Counted from the first letter of the stretch, positions 12,301 through 25,200 are shown. The stretch is DNA of 64,000 nucleotides from Sphyrna mokarran (GCA_024679065.1 JAGIQG010000043.1:2294001-2358000); one strand, 5' to 3'. Program-made: numbers and translations. The notes: generated by a model from the sequence alone, not told the origin.

Positions 12301-15300
12301 TCCTAGTAAATCTTTTCTGCACTCTTTTTAGTTTAGTCTATGTACTCTAAGAAAGATGTGCTTGACATTTATTGCGTGCAGGAAACAATAATTTTCACAA
12401 TATCCCAATGCATGTGACAACAATAAATCAAATCAAATCTATATACTCTATGGACAATATTCTTTATCTTTCAAATGCGCAAGAAACAACACTTTCTACA
12501 TTACCCCAATACATTTGACAATAATAAACCAAATCAAGTCAAATCAAGTTGATGGGGACTGATATATATCTGTCTTTCATGCCGTCATTGTTACTTTTTC
12601 CAATCTATATAAATTGATGCCCTCCTGGTTCTCGGCCCTTTCCGCCTTTGTGAATCGATTCATCTTCGTTGCTTTGTCCAGACAATTCAGGATTTTCACC
12701 ACATTTCTCATATCTCCTCTTAACTTTCAGCTATTTCAGGAAATCAACTCTCGCTTTTCCACGCTATCCAGTTGACTGAAATGCCTCATCTTTATGACCA
12801 TTTGGTAAATGGATTTTTTTTCTGCACTCTGTTCATATTTCTCATCAATTGCGTTGCCGGTGACTGACCACAGTTAAGACCCATTCAGCATTCTGTAAAA
12901 TGTTGCTGTTGATTTGATGCGTTACTGTTGTCATCTCTATGGATGTGTAGTGAAACCTATTGTTTCTTGCACGCTGAACATACAACACATATATTTCACA
13001 GCATACATAGATTTGATTTGATGTGGTTTGATTTATTCTTGTCACACTTATTGTGATGCAGTGAAAAAAAACATTCTCTTTTGTACGCTACACAGACAAG
13101 ACACACCGTTCATAGACCACAGAGGGGAGAAAGAAATGTGAAGATGCAGAATATATTGTCCCCTTCACAGCTGTGGTGTAGAGAAAAATCAGCTTGATAT
13201 AAAGTAAAAGCAAAATACTGCGGATGCTGGATTATGGAAGGAAAACAGAAATTATTGGAAAATTTCAGCAGCTCTGACAGCGTTTGAGGGGACAGAACAG
13301 ATCCAAAGTTTCGAGTCTAGATAACTTTTCGTCGGAGCTTGGAAGAAAGGTCGTCTAGACTCAAAATGTCTGCTTAAGTTTCTACCCACAGGTGCTGTCA
13401 GAACTTCTGAGATTTTCCAGCATTTTCTGGTTTTGTATAAGGTCTGACGGCAGCAAGGGAGAAGGGCTCTTAAATCTGTTGGTACATGATCTCAAAGTTT
13501 GGAATCTTTTCCCCAATGATAGAAGGTGGAAGCGACAATGTCCGGGTTGAGTGGGGCCCCTGATTATGCTGACAGTTTTTCTAAGACAGCAACAAGTCTA
13601 CACTTGATTCACTCCTTTTCAATTCTGTGATTCGATTTCGAATCTCTGGATCTTCTATGCTTTCCTAACAGTCTATCATCTCCAATGATTTACAGGTGGC
13701 AGCATAGTGGTACAGTGGTTCACAGTGCTGTCTCACAGGGCCAGGGAACCACGTTCGATTCCCGCCTTGGGCCCTTGTCTGTGTGGAGTTAACACATTTC
13801 CCCCTCTCTCTATATGTCTTTTTTTCAGGTACTCTCCTTTCCTCCCACAGTCCAAAGATAGGCAGAGTAATTGGATGGGCCAGACTAATTTGCCCCTTAG
13901 TGTCCATCCATGTATAATTTTGTTAGATTGCTCAAGCTAAATTGCCCCTTAGTGTGCAGCAATTTGCGGTTTAGGTGGATTTGTCATGCTAAGTTGCCCC
14001 TTAATTGTCCATAATGCGCATGTTAGGCAGATTTGTCATGTGAAACCACCCCTTTCTGTCCCAAGATATGGAGGTTAGGAATTTCACGGGTAAGTAAGTG
14101 GGGCTACGAGGATAGGCCGTGAGTAAGATGAGAATCGGGGAAGACCTCATGAGCTAAATGTCCTCCTGCTGCACTGTATTCTTGTATGATTTGTATAGAC
14201 TCAAGGCCAGGTATTATTTACCGTGCGGTGGAAGAGTTGCAATCGTTCCCAACAATCCAAGTTCAATATTTGCTCTTAATTCATATCCAAGAGAAGTAAT
14301 CCATTCAGCCCATCGATCCCACTTCCATACAATCATGGGTGATTAATAATGATTTTTAGAATTACTGACATCATGTTGCAAACATTAATGCACTTGTATT
14401 GAGAAGGCATCCTGAAGCAAAGTGAGATAAATTAATTCACCTCTCTTCTGGGCAAAGTTGTCAATTTCATCTCTTGTCTATGGTCTTTTTTTGAGATGCC
14501 TGCAGGATAGAACTGATCTCACCTTCATTCCTAGATTCACTACCCGAAAAGGATGGCGGGAGTAAATAATAATCTTCAAAAGGGAAATCACTTCTAGACA
14601 TGAAGGAGAAAAGCTGAAAGAAGTATGGGGGCAATGGGCATCGCTGTTTTGAAGAGTGAGTCTCAGCATGGGCTGAATGAGATCTTTCTGGGTGCATTGC
14701 TCAAAGATTCTTACCTATTTTCAGGAACATAAAGCGAAACGGGTAATGGCGTTTTAAACACGAACCTATCCTGGACAGGTGCAACCCAATGCAGTCTGAT
14801 ATATTTTAACAATTGGGCGCATATAAACGCTCAGATATATATCGACAAACACTCAGATACTTATGTATAGAGAAACGCAGACAGACTCAGATATTTCTCT
14901 ATACGCATACATTTGCACACACATGTTTAGATATTTTCCATACATGCATATAGACACACATGCTCAGATATATCTCGATACACACAAATAGACACACATA
15001 CGCTCAGATATTTATTTATGCTCACACCTTGACATGCACTCGACTCAGGTATTTACTTAGACAAGACATAGACACACACATCAGATATTAATCTATAAGC
15101 ACGTGCAAGCTCAGATATATATCTATATATACACACTCATTGGAAACTCACACTCAGATATTTATCTATATACACATATTTAGATATATAACTACATGCA
15201 CAGACGTTCAGTTATACACACACGTTTTGAAGTCTGAGATCACCTACCAAGAGACTCAAGAGCAACTTCTTCCCTGCTGCCATTAGGTTTTTGAATCGAC

Positions 15301-18300
15301 CTACCTTATAACAAGCTAATCTTTCTCTAAACACTATCTGTGACTGTAACACTACGTACTGCACACCTTCCTTTCATTCTCCCCTATGGACTCGATGAAA
15401 TTCACGTTTTGTCTATAATATTTATGTTATATAAATATAATATATATTTATATAATATAAATATTGATATAATATTTGACTATATTGGGCGGCCTATAGT
15501 GTATTCTATAGGCCGCCCAATAGTGACAGGGAAGTTGAGGTGCAGATAGGGAAACAGATACTGGAGAGATGTAGAAATAACAGAGTTGTTGTGATGGGAG
15601 ACTTCAATTTCCCAAACATCGACTGGAATATCCCAAGGGTAAGGGGTTTGGATGGGGAAGAGTTTGTTAGGTGTGTTCAGGAGGGTTTCCTGACACAGCA
15701 CGTGGACAAGCCTACGAGAGGAGAGGCTGTACTGGACCTGGTACTAGCTAATGAACCATGACAGGTGATGGATCTCTCGGTAGGAGAGCATCTTGGGGAT
15801 GGAGATCATAATTCTATCTCCTTCACCCTTGCATTGGAAAAGGATAGGATCAGGCAGGCTAGGAAGGTGTTTGTCTGGAATAAGGGGAAATATGAAGACA
15901 TCAGGCAGATGTTGGGGCAAATAAACTGGAAGGAGGTGTTCTTGGGGAAAAGCACAGAAGGAAGGTGGCAGATATTCAAGGAATGCTTGTCTGGAGCTCT
16001 GCACGACAACGTTCCGGTGAGACAAGGAGGTTTTGGTAGGTCGAGGGAACCGTGGTGCACGAAGGCTGTGGTGAACATAGTCAGGAAGAAAAGAAAGGTG
16101 TATAAAAGGTTCAAAGAGCTAGGAGATGTTGGGGATCTAGAGAAGTATAAGGCTTATAGAAGAGAGCTTAAAAAGGAAATTAGGGGAGCCAGAAGGGGTC
16201 ATGAGAAGGCCTTGGCTGGTAGGATTAAGGAGAATGCCAAGGCCTTCTACAAATATGTGAAAAGTAAAAGGATGAGAAGAGAAGGGATAGGACCTATAAA
16301 AGGTGAAGGGGGAAAAGTCTGTATGGAACCGGAAGAAATGGCAGAGGTGCTTAATGAGTACTTTGCCTCAGTATTCACGGTGGAAAGTGATCTGGGAGGA
16401 TGCACTACAAGTTTGCGGCAGACTGAAAAGATTGAGTATGTAGATATTAAGGAAGCGGATGTGTTAGAACTTTTAAATGCTATCAAGATAGACAAGTCTC
16501 CGGGACCAGATGGGATGTACCCCAGGTTATTGTGGGAGGTGAGGGATGTCGTTGCAGAGCCCCTGGCGATGATCTTTGCGTCGTCGATGGAGACGGGAGA
16601 GGTTCCAGAGGATTGGAGGATTGCGGATGTGGTCCCTATTTTCAAGAAAGGGAACAGGGATAGTCCTGGAAATTACCGACCGGTGAGTCTGACCTCAGTG
16701 GTTGGTAAGCTGATGGAGAGGCTTCTGAGGGACAAGATTTACGAGCATTTGGAGAAGCTTAGGTTGATTAGAAATAGTCAACATGGTTTTGTAAAAGGCA
16801 GGTCGTGCCTTACGAGCTTAATTGAGTTCTTCGAAAATGTGACTGAACACATTGACGAAGGATGAGCAGTGGACGTGGAGTACATGGACTTCAGAAAGGC
16901 ACTTGACAAGGTCTCCTATGCGAGACTTCTTGAGAAGGTGAGAGGGCATGGGATCCAAGGGGCTTTGGCCTTGTGGATCCAGAACTGGCTTGCCTGCAGA
17001 AGGCAGAGGGTGGTTGTGGATGGCTCTTTTTCTGCATGGAGGTCGGTCACCAGTGGAGTGCCCCAGGGATCTGTTCTAGGACCCTTGCTGTTTGTCATTT
17101 TCATAAATGACCTGGATGAGGAAGTGGAGGGATGGGTGAGTAAGTTCGCCGATGACACGAAGGTCGGTGGTGTTGTGGATGGTCTGGAGGGATGTCAGAA
17201 GTTGCAGCATGACATCGACAGGATGCAAGACTGGGCGGAGAAGTGGCAGATGGACTTCAACGCGGATAAATGTGTTGTGGTCCATTTTGGCAGATCCAAC
17301 GGGATGAATGAGTACACTATCAAAGGTAGGAGTCTTAGCTGTGTGGAAGAGCAGAGGGATCTTGGGGTCCGGGTCCATAAGACTCTCAAATCGGCCTCCC
17401 AGGTGGAGGATGTGGTTAAGAAAGCTTACGGTGTACTGGCCTTCATTCATCGAGGGATTGAGTTCAGGAGTCAGGAGGTAATGCTGCAGCTTTATAGGAC
17501 CCTTGTCAGACCACACTTGGAGTACTGTGCGCAGTTCTGGTCGCCTCACTATAGGAAGGACGTGGAAGCTATTGAAAGGGTGCAGAGGAGATTTACAAGG
17601 ATGTTGCCTGGATTGGGAGGCATGCCTTATGAAGACAGGTTGAGGGAGCTGGGACTGTTCTCCCTGGAGAGACGAAGGTTGAGAGGCGACCTGATAGAGG
17701 TTTACAAGACGTTGAGAGGAATAGATAGGGTGGACTCTCAGAGACTATTTCCCAGGGCTGAAATGGTCGCGACGAAAGGGCACAGATTTAAGGTGCAGGG
17801 AAGCAAGTACAGAGGGGATGCTCGGGGTAAGTTTTTCACTCAGAGGGTGGTGAGTGAATGGAATCGGCTGCCGTCTGTGGTGGTCGAGGCGAACTCGCTG
17901 GGGTCTTTTAAAAGACTTCTGGATGAGTATATGGGATCCAATTGTATTGGGGGTTATAGATAGTCTATGGCTGGGTAGGTTTTGATGTGTTCGGCACAAC
18001 TTGTGGGCCGAAGGGCCTGTTTGTGCTGTAGTGTTCTATGTTCTGTGTTCTATGTCTGTAGAGTACTCAAGAAAATGTACTTTTCATTGAAATTTGATAC
18101 ATGTTCAATAATTAATCAAATGAAATGAAACACACATACGCTCAGAGATGCACTTGCGCGCACACAGATGCACACAAACACGCACACACACAAGCACACG
18201 CACACACGCAGATGCTCACACACACACACACGGACACACACACACATACAATCATACACACATACACACACGCACACACATACACAATGCACTTACACTC

Positions 18301-19904
18301 ACATATACATTTACACACACACGCACATTCACACAAACACACAAATCACACACACGCACACACACACAAACACACTCAAATATATATTTACACACACAAA
18401 CATATATATCCCCATATGGCTGAGATCTAATGAATTAATCCAATTGTCTCAAAATTAGAATAGAATCCTTCAATGCACAGACTAACATCTCACCTTTCCG
18501 TTTTTCAGTTGTTTTGAGCTTCCACACACTCTTCGTCCAGTATTTTACTGGAGTCCCCACTTGAACAATGCAAGTACAGACAGCGCCGCTTCTCCAAGTT
18601 ACCCCCGACACCATGACATGACTTCTGATGCTGTAGGTCCCGTTCCCATCCATTGTCCCAGGATCACTCGATCCTTCAGTGACCAGACCGGAAACATTCC
18701 AGAAAATAGCAATTTGGTTGGAAGAAACTCCACTGACCAAACACACTAAGGGCATGGCATCATTCACATTCAGCTCAGTTGGCGGGACAAATACCAGCAC
18801 TGCCGTCTTGTTGGTAGAACTGACTGGACATAAATTGGGACAAAGTTAACAATTAATTTACATCAATTGGTATTGCTGTGCACAGTCTGGATTAATTTCA
18901 CTTGCTCTCTTACCTCCAACCTGTAACCTGGGTCCATTCTGGAGCGGTGCAGAGCTAGGGGCATAGCTAGGTGCATAGCTACAGTAGTAGGAACCCGAGT
19001 CATTCGCCCGGGCATTGCGAATTTCCAGAATCAATTCACGATTGTCGTGGCCTATTTTAGAAATAAATTTACAATCGGCCTCCTGACAGGGTGGGATACT
19101 GATTACTTTCGGGATTTCACCAACATTTTGTTTGTACCACAAATAGTTTCCCACGAATACCACCTCGAATGCCAGTTGACAGGTTAAATCCACCGTGTGA
19201 CCGACTTCGGCTGTCACTGTGAAGAGCCTTTGAGATAGAGAGGACTCAGAATCTGTAACTAGAGAGATTACTCAAACATTACCACATATTTCAACATTGG
19301 ATGCTGCCATTTGAAAAAAAAAACGGTGTAAATTAAGAACAATGTCATTATTATCTTCCATTATACTTCTGGAGATTATTTCCCAAGTTGTGTTTTCTTC
19401 GCTTGAAAGGAGAAAGCAGAAAATCCTCTGTACCGATCACTAAGTCATATTTGCAGTGCTGTAGCTGGGCGGCATGGTGTTTGGCACCTTTGGTTCACAG
19501 CGCTGTGGACCCGGGTTCAATTCCTCGCTTGGGTCACGTCTGTGCACGTTCTCCCCGTGCCTGCATAGGCGTTTCCACCCACTCATCGAAACCTGTGCTG
19601 GTTCGGTGCATTGGCCGTGCTAAATTCTGCCTCTGTGTACCCGCACTGGCGCAAGAGTGTGCCGACTAGGGTCTTTTCATTGTAACTTCATTGCAGTGTC
19701 GATGGAAAAATAAAGATTACTAGTCACAAATAAGGCTCACATTAACACTGGAACGTGAAATTCCCCTGGAAGCCGCCTTGTGACACTAACGCTTAAAAAA
19801 ACTAACTTAGCTGCTGCCATTTTAAATATCTCACCTGGCAAATACTCACCATGAACCCAAAACGCATGCAGAATGAGTATCAGGGATAAAGATTGCTGGG
19901 GCAT
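9237..19904 (-). CDS. Gene A: non-rearranging antigen-receptor-like IgSF receptor (leader-V-C1-TM-cytoplasmic ITIM-like), 8 coding exons, predicted 343 aa
   Basis: Exons 19904-19850, 19252-18914, 18823-18494, 11293-11192, 11086-11056, 10819-10773, 9459-9410 and 9314-9237 all have GT-AG borders. Phases chain consistently (1,1,1,1,2,1,0) to give 1032 nt with no internal stop. Confidence 0.85.
9410..9459 (-). CDS. Gene A exon 7, cytoplasmic ([17 protein letters not shown])
   Basis: Acceptor acacag, donor CAG|GTGAGT; open only with phase-1 entry; phase-0 exit. Confidence 0.72.
9975..10392 (+). mobile_element. Old CR1-type 3' end fragment
   Basis: Degenerate RT C-terminus (FFTQRV/WNSLP-like) and a gggccgaatggc..ttctatg tail. 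Confidence 0.6.
10773..10819 (-). CDS. Gene A exon 6, cytoplasmic ([16 protein letters not shown])
   Basis: Acceptor aattttag, donor G|GTAAGT; phase 2 to 1, exactly bridging the flanking exons. Confidence 0.72.
11056..11086 (-). CDS. Gene A exon 5, cytoplasmic ([10 protein letters not shown])
   Basis: Branch-like ctaat, acceptor ttcttctattttag, donor GTGAGT; phase 1 to 2. Confidence 0.7.
11192..11293 (-). CDS. Gene A exon 4, stalk Cys + transmembrane ([34 protein letters not shown])
   Basis: Pyrimidine-rich acceptor ttttatctctatag, ~22-residue hydrophobic stretch followed by basic residues, phase 1-1, donor G|GTGAA. Confidence 0.85.
11535..12335 (-). mobile_element. Two adjacent old CR1-type 3' fragments
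   Basis: ORF 11514-11807 ([14 protein letters not shown]) and typical reverse tails (acaggcccttcggccc). Confidence 0.6.
13242..13435. repeat. Palindromic (hairpin) element, ~95-nt arms centred on AGCT at 13336-13339
   Basis: aaaacagaaattattggaaaatttcagcagctctgacagc..tttcgagtctaga pairs with tctagactcaaaa..gctgtcagaacttctgagattttccagcattttctggtttt. Confidence 0.75.
13700..14190 (+). mobile_element. tRNA-derived shark-type SINE with an internally repeated body
   Basis: A/B-box-like head (gtggtacagtggtt...ttcgattccc), 52-bp body units and a CR1-like 3' tail. Confidence 0.7.
15499..18055 (+). mobile_element. 5'-truncated CR1 LINE (endonuclease C-terminus + RT) in the C-TM intron of gene A
   Basis: Three co-framed ORFs separated by two TGA codons (15759, 16863). 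Motifs [22 protein letters not shown] and FADD; (TTCTATG)n-like tail. Confidence 0.95.
18130..18410. repeat. Imperfect (CA)n microsatellite region
   Basis: Direct inspection; source of the His/Thr-rich spurious ORFs. Confidence 0.9.
18494..18823 (-). CDS. Gene A exon 3, Ig C1-set-like domain
   Basis: VLVFVPP...PLVCLVSG...IFWNVSG...[11 protein letters not shown]...[12 protein letters not shown]. Acceptor gtccag|TC, donor G|GTGAG. Confidence 0.92.
18914..19252 (-). CDS. Gene A exon 2, Ig V-set domain with degenerate J-like G strand
   Basis: Acceptor ttacag|AT. Motifs [26 protein letters not shown]; ends [10 protein letters not shown] at donor G|GTAAG; 339 nt. Confidence 0.93.
19850..19904 (-). 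CDS. Gene A exon 1, signal peptide [18 protein letters not shown]
   Basis: ATG in aaaATG context, hydrophobic core, phase-1 donor G|GTGAGT typical of Ig leader exons. Confidence 0.85.
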
Positions 19905-20060
19905 TTTGCACAGATGAGCAATATCTCCCTGTTTCCACTCACACCAGTTTGTTTTTGCTACTAGGTCCGAGGACTGACCTGGTCTCAGACCCAGTTAATT
20001 GTTGCACTTTATGATTGGGTGGAAACTGTGACAAGAGACAATGGAAAGTGTGACATAGTA
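19905..20060 (-). promoter_or_regulatory. Proximal promoter/5' region of gene A
   Basis: Immediately upstream of the ATG. Blocks TGTCAnACTTTCCATTG, TTTCCAC, CTGGGTnTGA..CAGGTCA and AAACAAAC are conserved with paralogous copies at ~2993-3121 and ~48956-49035. Confidence 0.6.
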
Positions 20061-20709
20061 CTGATGATGTTGCGCTGCTGAATGCATTTGACGCACTGTG
20101 ATCGCCGCCTACGTGTCACAGGATCAAGTGATAGAACATTCATACAGAGCTTGACTGGTTTGACAACAGAGGGGACCACAAGCTAATCATTGTGCGGATA
20201 TGTGCAGAATTAAAGTTACAGTTTCATTTATTCTCAGGGTATGCAATACGGCGGCTTAGTTGAGAAGAAAAAGGGCGGTGATCTCACTGAAAATTAGAGT
20301 GGACATGGAGAGGATCTTCAGCATAGAATAGAATTAAATCACTGCAGCTCAGAAGGAGGCCATTTTAGCCCTTAGAGGTTGCACTGACAACGACCGCAGC
20401 CAGGCGATATATCCGTAACGTATCTTACACTCTGAGCTCCCCTCCCCACTCCATCTCTACCCCCCCCCCACGAAACTAAGGGACAATTTAGCATGGCCAA
20501 TCCAATAAACTCATGCATCTTTGGGTTGTGGGAGGAAGCTGGAGCACCGACAGGAATCCCATGCAGACACTGGGAAAATGAGCAAAATCAACACAGTCAC
20601 CCAAGGCCGGAAATGATCCCGAGTCCATACGTGCTGTGAAATAGCAGTGCTAACCACGGTGCCACCGTCCATTAGTTGGAGAGACGCGACTTCGAGTGCA
20701 CAGACTCAG

Positions 20710-22270
20710 ACTAATGGGTTGACCCTTTCGCACGAGAAGAGAAGGGATTCCTTCAGCCACAGAGACGTTAATATGTGGAATTCATTGCCACAAAAGGCGG
20801 TGATTGCCAAGTCATTGAGCGTATTTAAAACAGAGATAGGTAGGCTCCTGATTGGCAAGTGATTCAAAGGTTTAGAGGAAAAGGCAGCAGAATGGGGTTG
20901 AGAAACACATCAGCCATGATCGAATGGCAGAGCAGACTCGACGGGCAGAATGGCGTAATTATGGTCTTTTATCCTATGGGCGTATTGCTCGGCAACATGT
21001 ATGATTGATTGATGGCATTGAGTTGTCATTGTAGAATGTATTGTCTATATTATAGAAATGTACAACACACCGATGTTGTGCTGAACATGACGGACGTTAA
21101 ACTAATACCTTCTGCCTGACTTTGATCCTTTTCCCTATGTTTCTTGCATATTCATGTCCTTATCTAAAAACCCCTTAAACGCCCCTATCAGGCCTGCCTC
21201 CAAAACCACCTGAGATTGCGCGTTCCAGACAACTACCACTCTATGTAAACAATTTGCTCCTCACATTTCCTTTGAACTTTCCCCTCCGATTTAAGAGCAT
21301 GCCCCTTAGCATTTGTCATTTCAAATCTGGCGAAAAATATTTTGAATGCAAACTCTTATAAATTTTACAGACTTCTGTCAGGTCTCCCCTAGCCTGCAAC
21401 GCTCCAATGAAAACAACTTCTGCAACTTTCCTCTGGCTGTCCATGTGCTATATCAATAATGCTAAATAAGGATCGAGGGCCGTTTTGACCATGCAACAGT
21501 GAAGGAACGACAATAGGTTTCCAACATATTGCCTCTGATTGAGAGGGGAGTTACTGGCGATGGTGTACCCAGGAGTCCACCCTCTTTGTCCTTCAGGACC
21601 AATAAGGCGTGGATTTGAGAAGAGAATGATAGGAATATAGATTGAATATAGTAGTATACATTATGATCCATTCTGAAAAAAAAGGCTTTATTGTTACAAT
21701 AATTGTATAGAAACATCAGCAATATAAGCAAGAGGAGGCCATTTAGCACTTTGAAAAAAGTGCTCTGCCATTCATTTTGGTCAAGACTGATCATCAAATT
21801 CAATGCCCTGAATTCCCCCTTTCCCCCACGTTCCTCTTTTGACCTAAAAGCTATTTCTTCTAATTCCTCGAACTCCATCTTGAAATCACAAAACTTTTTG
21901 GAGTCAACAACAGTCTGTGGTAGTGAATTTCACACATTGGCCACTCCCTAGGTGAAGACTTCTCTCTCCATCACAGTTCTAAAAGATTTTCCCCTTATTC
22001 TCAAACAATCACCACTCGTTTTGGACATCCTCACACTCAGCAACATCGTTTTTTTACCTACCCTCTCTAAACCTGATGGAATTTTACACGTTTCAACGGG
22101 ATTCCCCCTCACTCTCCTAAACTCTGAAGAATTTCATCCAAACAAATTTAGTCTCTCCTCACTTGACAGACCTGTCAACTCAGGAATCATTCTGGTGCAC
22201 CTTCGCTGTCCTTCCTGTAAAGCAAAGACATGCTTCCCTCAGATAAGGGCTACTAAAATTGTACACAACA
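20710..22270. mobile_element. Cluster of old CR1/L2-type 3' fragments in both orientations
   Basis: RRDSFSHRDVNMWNSLPQKAV (20647 ORF) on +, and reverse 3' ends at ~21040-21420 and ~21700-22270. Confidence 0.55.
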
Positions 22271-25200
22271 CTCCAGATTTTTTTTTGAAATCACATAATG
22301 ATTTTGGCCTCAACTACATTGTGAATTAATCTGCGTATCTTTGACTTGTCTTCCAAATTGGGCATTGAATAAACACACAGACATGATGTCACATTCACGA
22401 GGATAGCATACATAAGATCATTCAAGCAATAGGCTAGTTTTTGTTCATTGTATCAAAGCTGGGAACAGGCAGTCTGCTGTTTGCGGTTTCAAGCTGAGGG
22501 GTAAGGTATGTCCTCCCTAGGCAGCTCTGTGTGTGCAGTACCTCAACTGTGAAAAAAAGCAAAACACTGAGAGCTTCTGGCCTGAAAATATTTCCATCAG
22601 TGATGTAAAGTGGATAGAATCTTGGCTCGCGACTTGCACCCCTCGATATCCTCCGCACCCCTCAGAACATGCGGGCCGTCCTTGTAAGGGTAGAAGCTAG
22701 GAGCCGTGGACAGAGACAATGCGCCTCTTTGCTGTCACACCAAACCCTCTGTTACAGGGTCGACTGACTCGCTTCATTTTCATTCTTGGTCATGCACTTA
22801 TGCAGAACAGCTCAGGCAGTCAGTTCCCAGCAGTCAGAAACCAATCTACAAATTCATTCTACAAACCTCTTCATATTGAAGGGGAAGCGATGGCTGAGTG
22901 GCATTATCGCTGGACTGTTAATCCAAACACTCAACTGCTGTTCTGGTGACCCTGCTTCTAATCCCGCCACGATAGCTGGAGGAATATGATTTCAATAGAA
23001 GATATCTGGAATTCAAAGTCTACTGATGACCATACCCCAATTTTCTATTATCAGGGAAAACCCCCCAAACTTCCTTAATACCCTTTAACGAAGGGAATCT
23101 GCTCCCCTTATCTCTTCTGGCCTACATGTGACTGCGGATGCACAGCAATGTTGTTGACTCTTAGCTGTCCTCGGGCAACTAGAGATAGGCAAAAATTGCT
23201 GGACAGCCAGCGATGCCCCAGTCCGATGAATACGTGATACTTTTGAGGCAACGTGCGTTCGACATCATTGTACTGAAGATTATGTGACATGGGTTCCTGA
23301 GGGGTTTTGGGAGAATTTACACGTTTCACTGAATTCACTGCAGAACTAGGTCATGTTTCCAATGAGAGAATCCAATAAACGTCAAATTTGCCCCATTAAC
23401 AGTTCCAAATGTTTTGTCTGTTAGAATGATGCATATTGACCCTTTGCAATAACTGCCACGTTGATCGGGATTCAACTCTTTATTTTCATTGGGATTTGAA
23501 GTCTTAAGATGGCTAATAAGGTGAGAGCTGATGATTAGCAGGCACATTTTAAAATTAATGCTTTGTTTTAATTTGTATTGGCTTGAAATACCACTTATAA
23601 TTCGTTTGCTTCTCCCCTCCCCCCACCGGAAATCTGAGTGAACAGATCCGTCAAGGAAAAGTGAGCGAATGATCCATTTCATAATGTTGACCAGTAACTT
23701 CGTCACTCCTTTGGTCGAGAACTTCAACTTTCTTGTGTTCGGATCACCAGCAATCTGTCCTGGTCCCTTCATGCCGAAGATATGGTTAGGGAAGCTCACT
23801 AACCGCTCTACGTTCTTAGATGGCTAAGGAAATTCGGCATTTTTGCTAGGCCTCTCACCAACTATTACAGATACATCACAGAAAACACCCTTTCCGAATG
23901 TCACATAGGTTGGTACGGCTCCTGCGCTGACCAACACTGCAAAAAACTACAAATGGTTGTGAATGAGTCCATCTGCATTTTATTTGTTATCAGATAATTT
24001 AATCAAATCTGATGAACTCATTTATCTGCCATATTGGCACTCCCTGGAATAGACTGGGGTCCATCATCCACTGGAAACTTCTAATTGAAGTTTGTTACAA
24101 CAGATTCATCCTTGCATTTTTCACTGATGTGCTGGGTTCCCCGTCATTGAGCCCCGTCATTGTTTGGAGATTCCTAACCTGTTAACTATCATACTTAATA
24201 CCTCAATTCCCGGCAGGATTGCTGTTGACAATGATCTGCTCATTGTGGGGCCATTTAACTCTGCCTATCGCATGCTGTGTTTCTGTTTGTTTCGCAAGTA
24301 TACTCATGTTGTACCTTAACGACATTACATTTTATTTTTAAGGTCCTCCCCCAGTCAGTGCATCCTTCAAGTGAATTTCACGATGGAGGAATATTGATGC
24401 ATGAGCTGAGGTGGACAATATGTAGCAAATAGCAGAACGTTTCCTTGCCCATGGATGTGCTGTTGGCAAGTAATGTCTTGTGCTCCGGAGAAGATGTTGG
24501 GAACTCAATGCAAAAATCTGCGATTCTCTCTCCGTTCAGCCTTTGCAGTACAATAGCGCCGCCTCAGGGATGGTGTTGGTAATGTCTAGGACTTCCTCTG
24601 CCGGATGTGATTTCCTGAGTATGACGGTTCACAGACTTTTGTTTTCCTATCGAGTTAGGGGTCGGCGGGTTTTGTTGGGAGGGGGGCGGGCAGGAAATGG
24701 GGCGAGTTCGGGAGGGGTATGGGTAGAGAATGCATTTCGTCTAAACTTGGGAAAGGCCCCTCAGATGTTATTAAGATCTACTTTGAAGAGTCAACAGCGT
24801 TGACTTCGCATGTTATTTCTGCTCTTGTTTTTGGCGTTTTCATCAATGTTGGGCATTCTTCTTGATCTAGTCTTATTGCAATGTTTTTATACCATGGGAT
24901 CACATAACAGCTATCTCAGAGGTCCGGAATTTTAAGTGGACAAATTCAGAGTGAGCGCAGATTGAATATTTAATTCTCAAAATGAGAGGAAAATATGCAA
25001 TGTTTCTTTATGACGATCGTTGACCGTTTCAGGGTCCCTATAACCAGGACGTATTTTTGAATGATTATTCCAATTACTTCCGCTATTAACTGAATTTTAA
25101 TTCCACATTTTGTCCAATCTTATTGTGTATCCCAAACGGATCTGTCTGAAAATGTCGAAGGATATGACCACCGGCGCATCGTGTCCCAGTTTTACAATTC

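Noticed and set aside
18125-18458. His/Thr-rich ORFs (also 29868-30263 and 31157-32000)
   Set aside because: Translations of (CA)n microsatellite sequence, some spanning the N gap.
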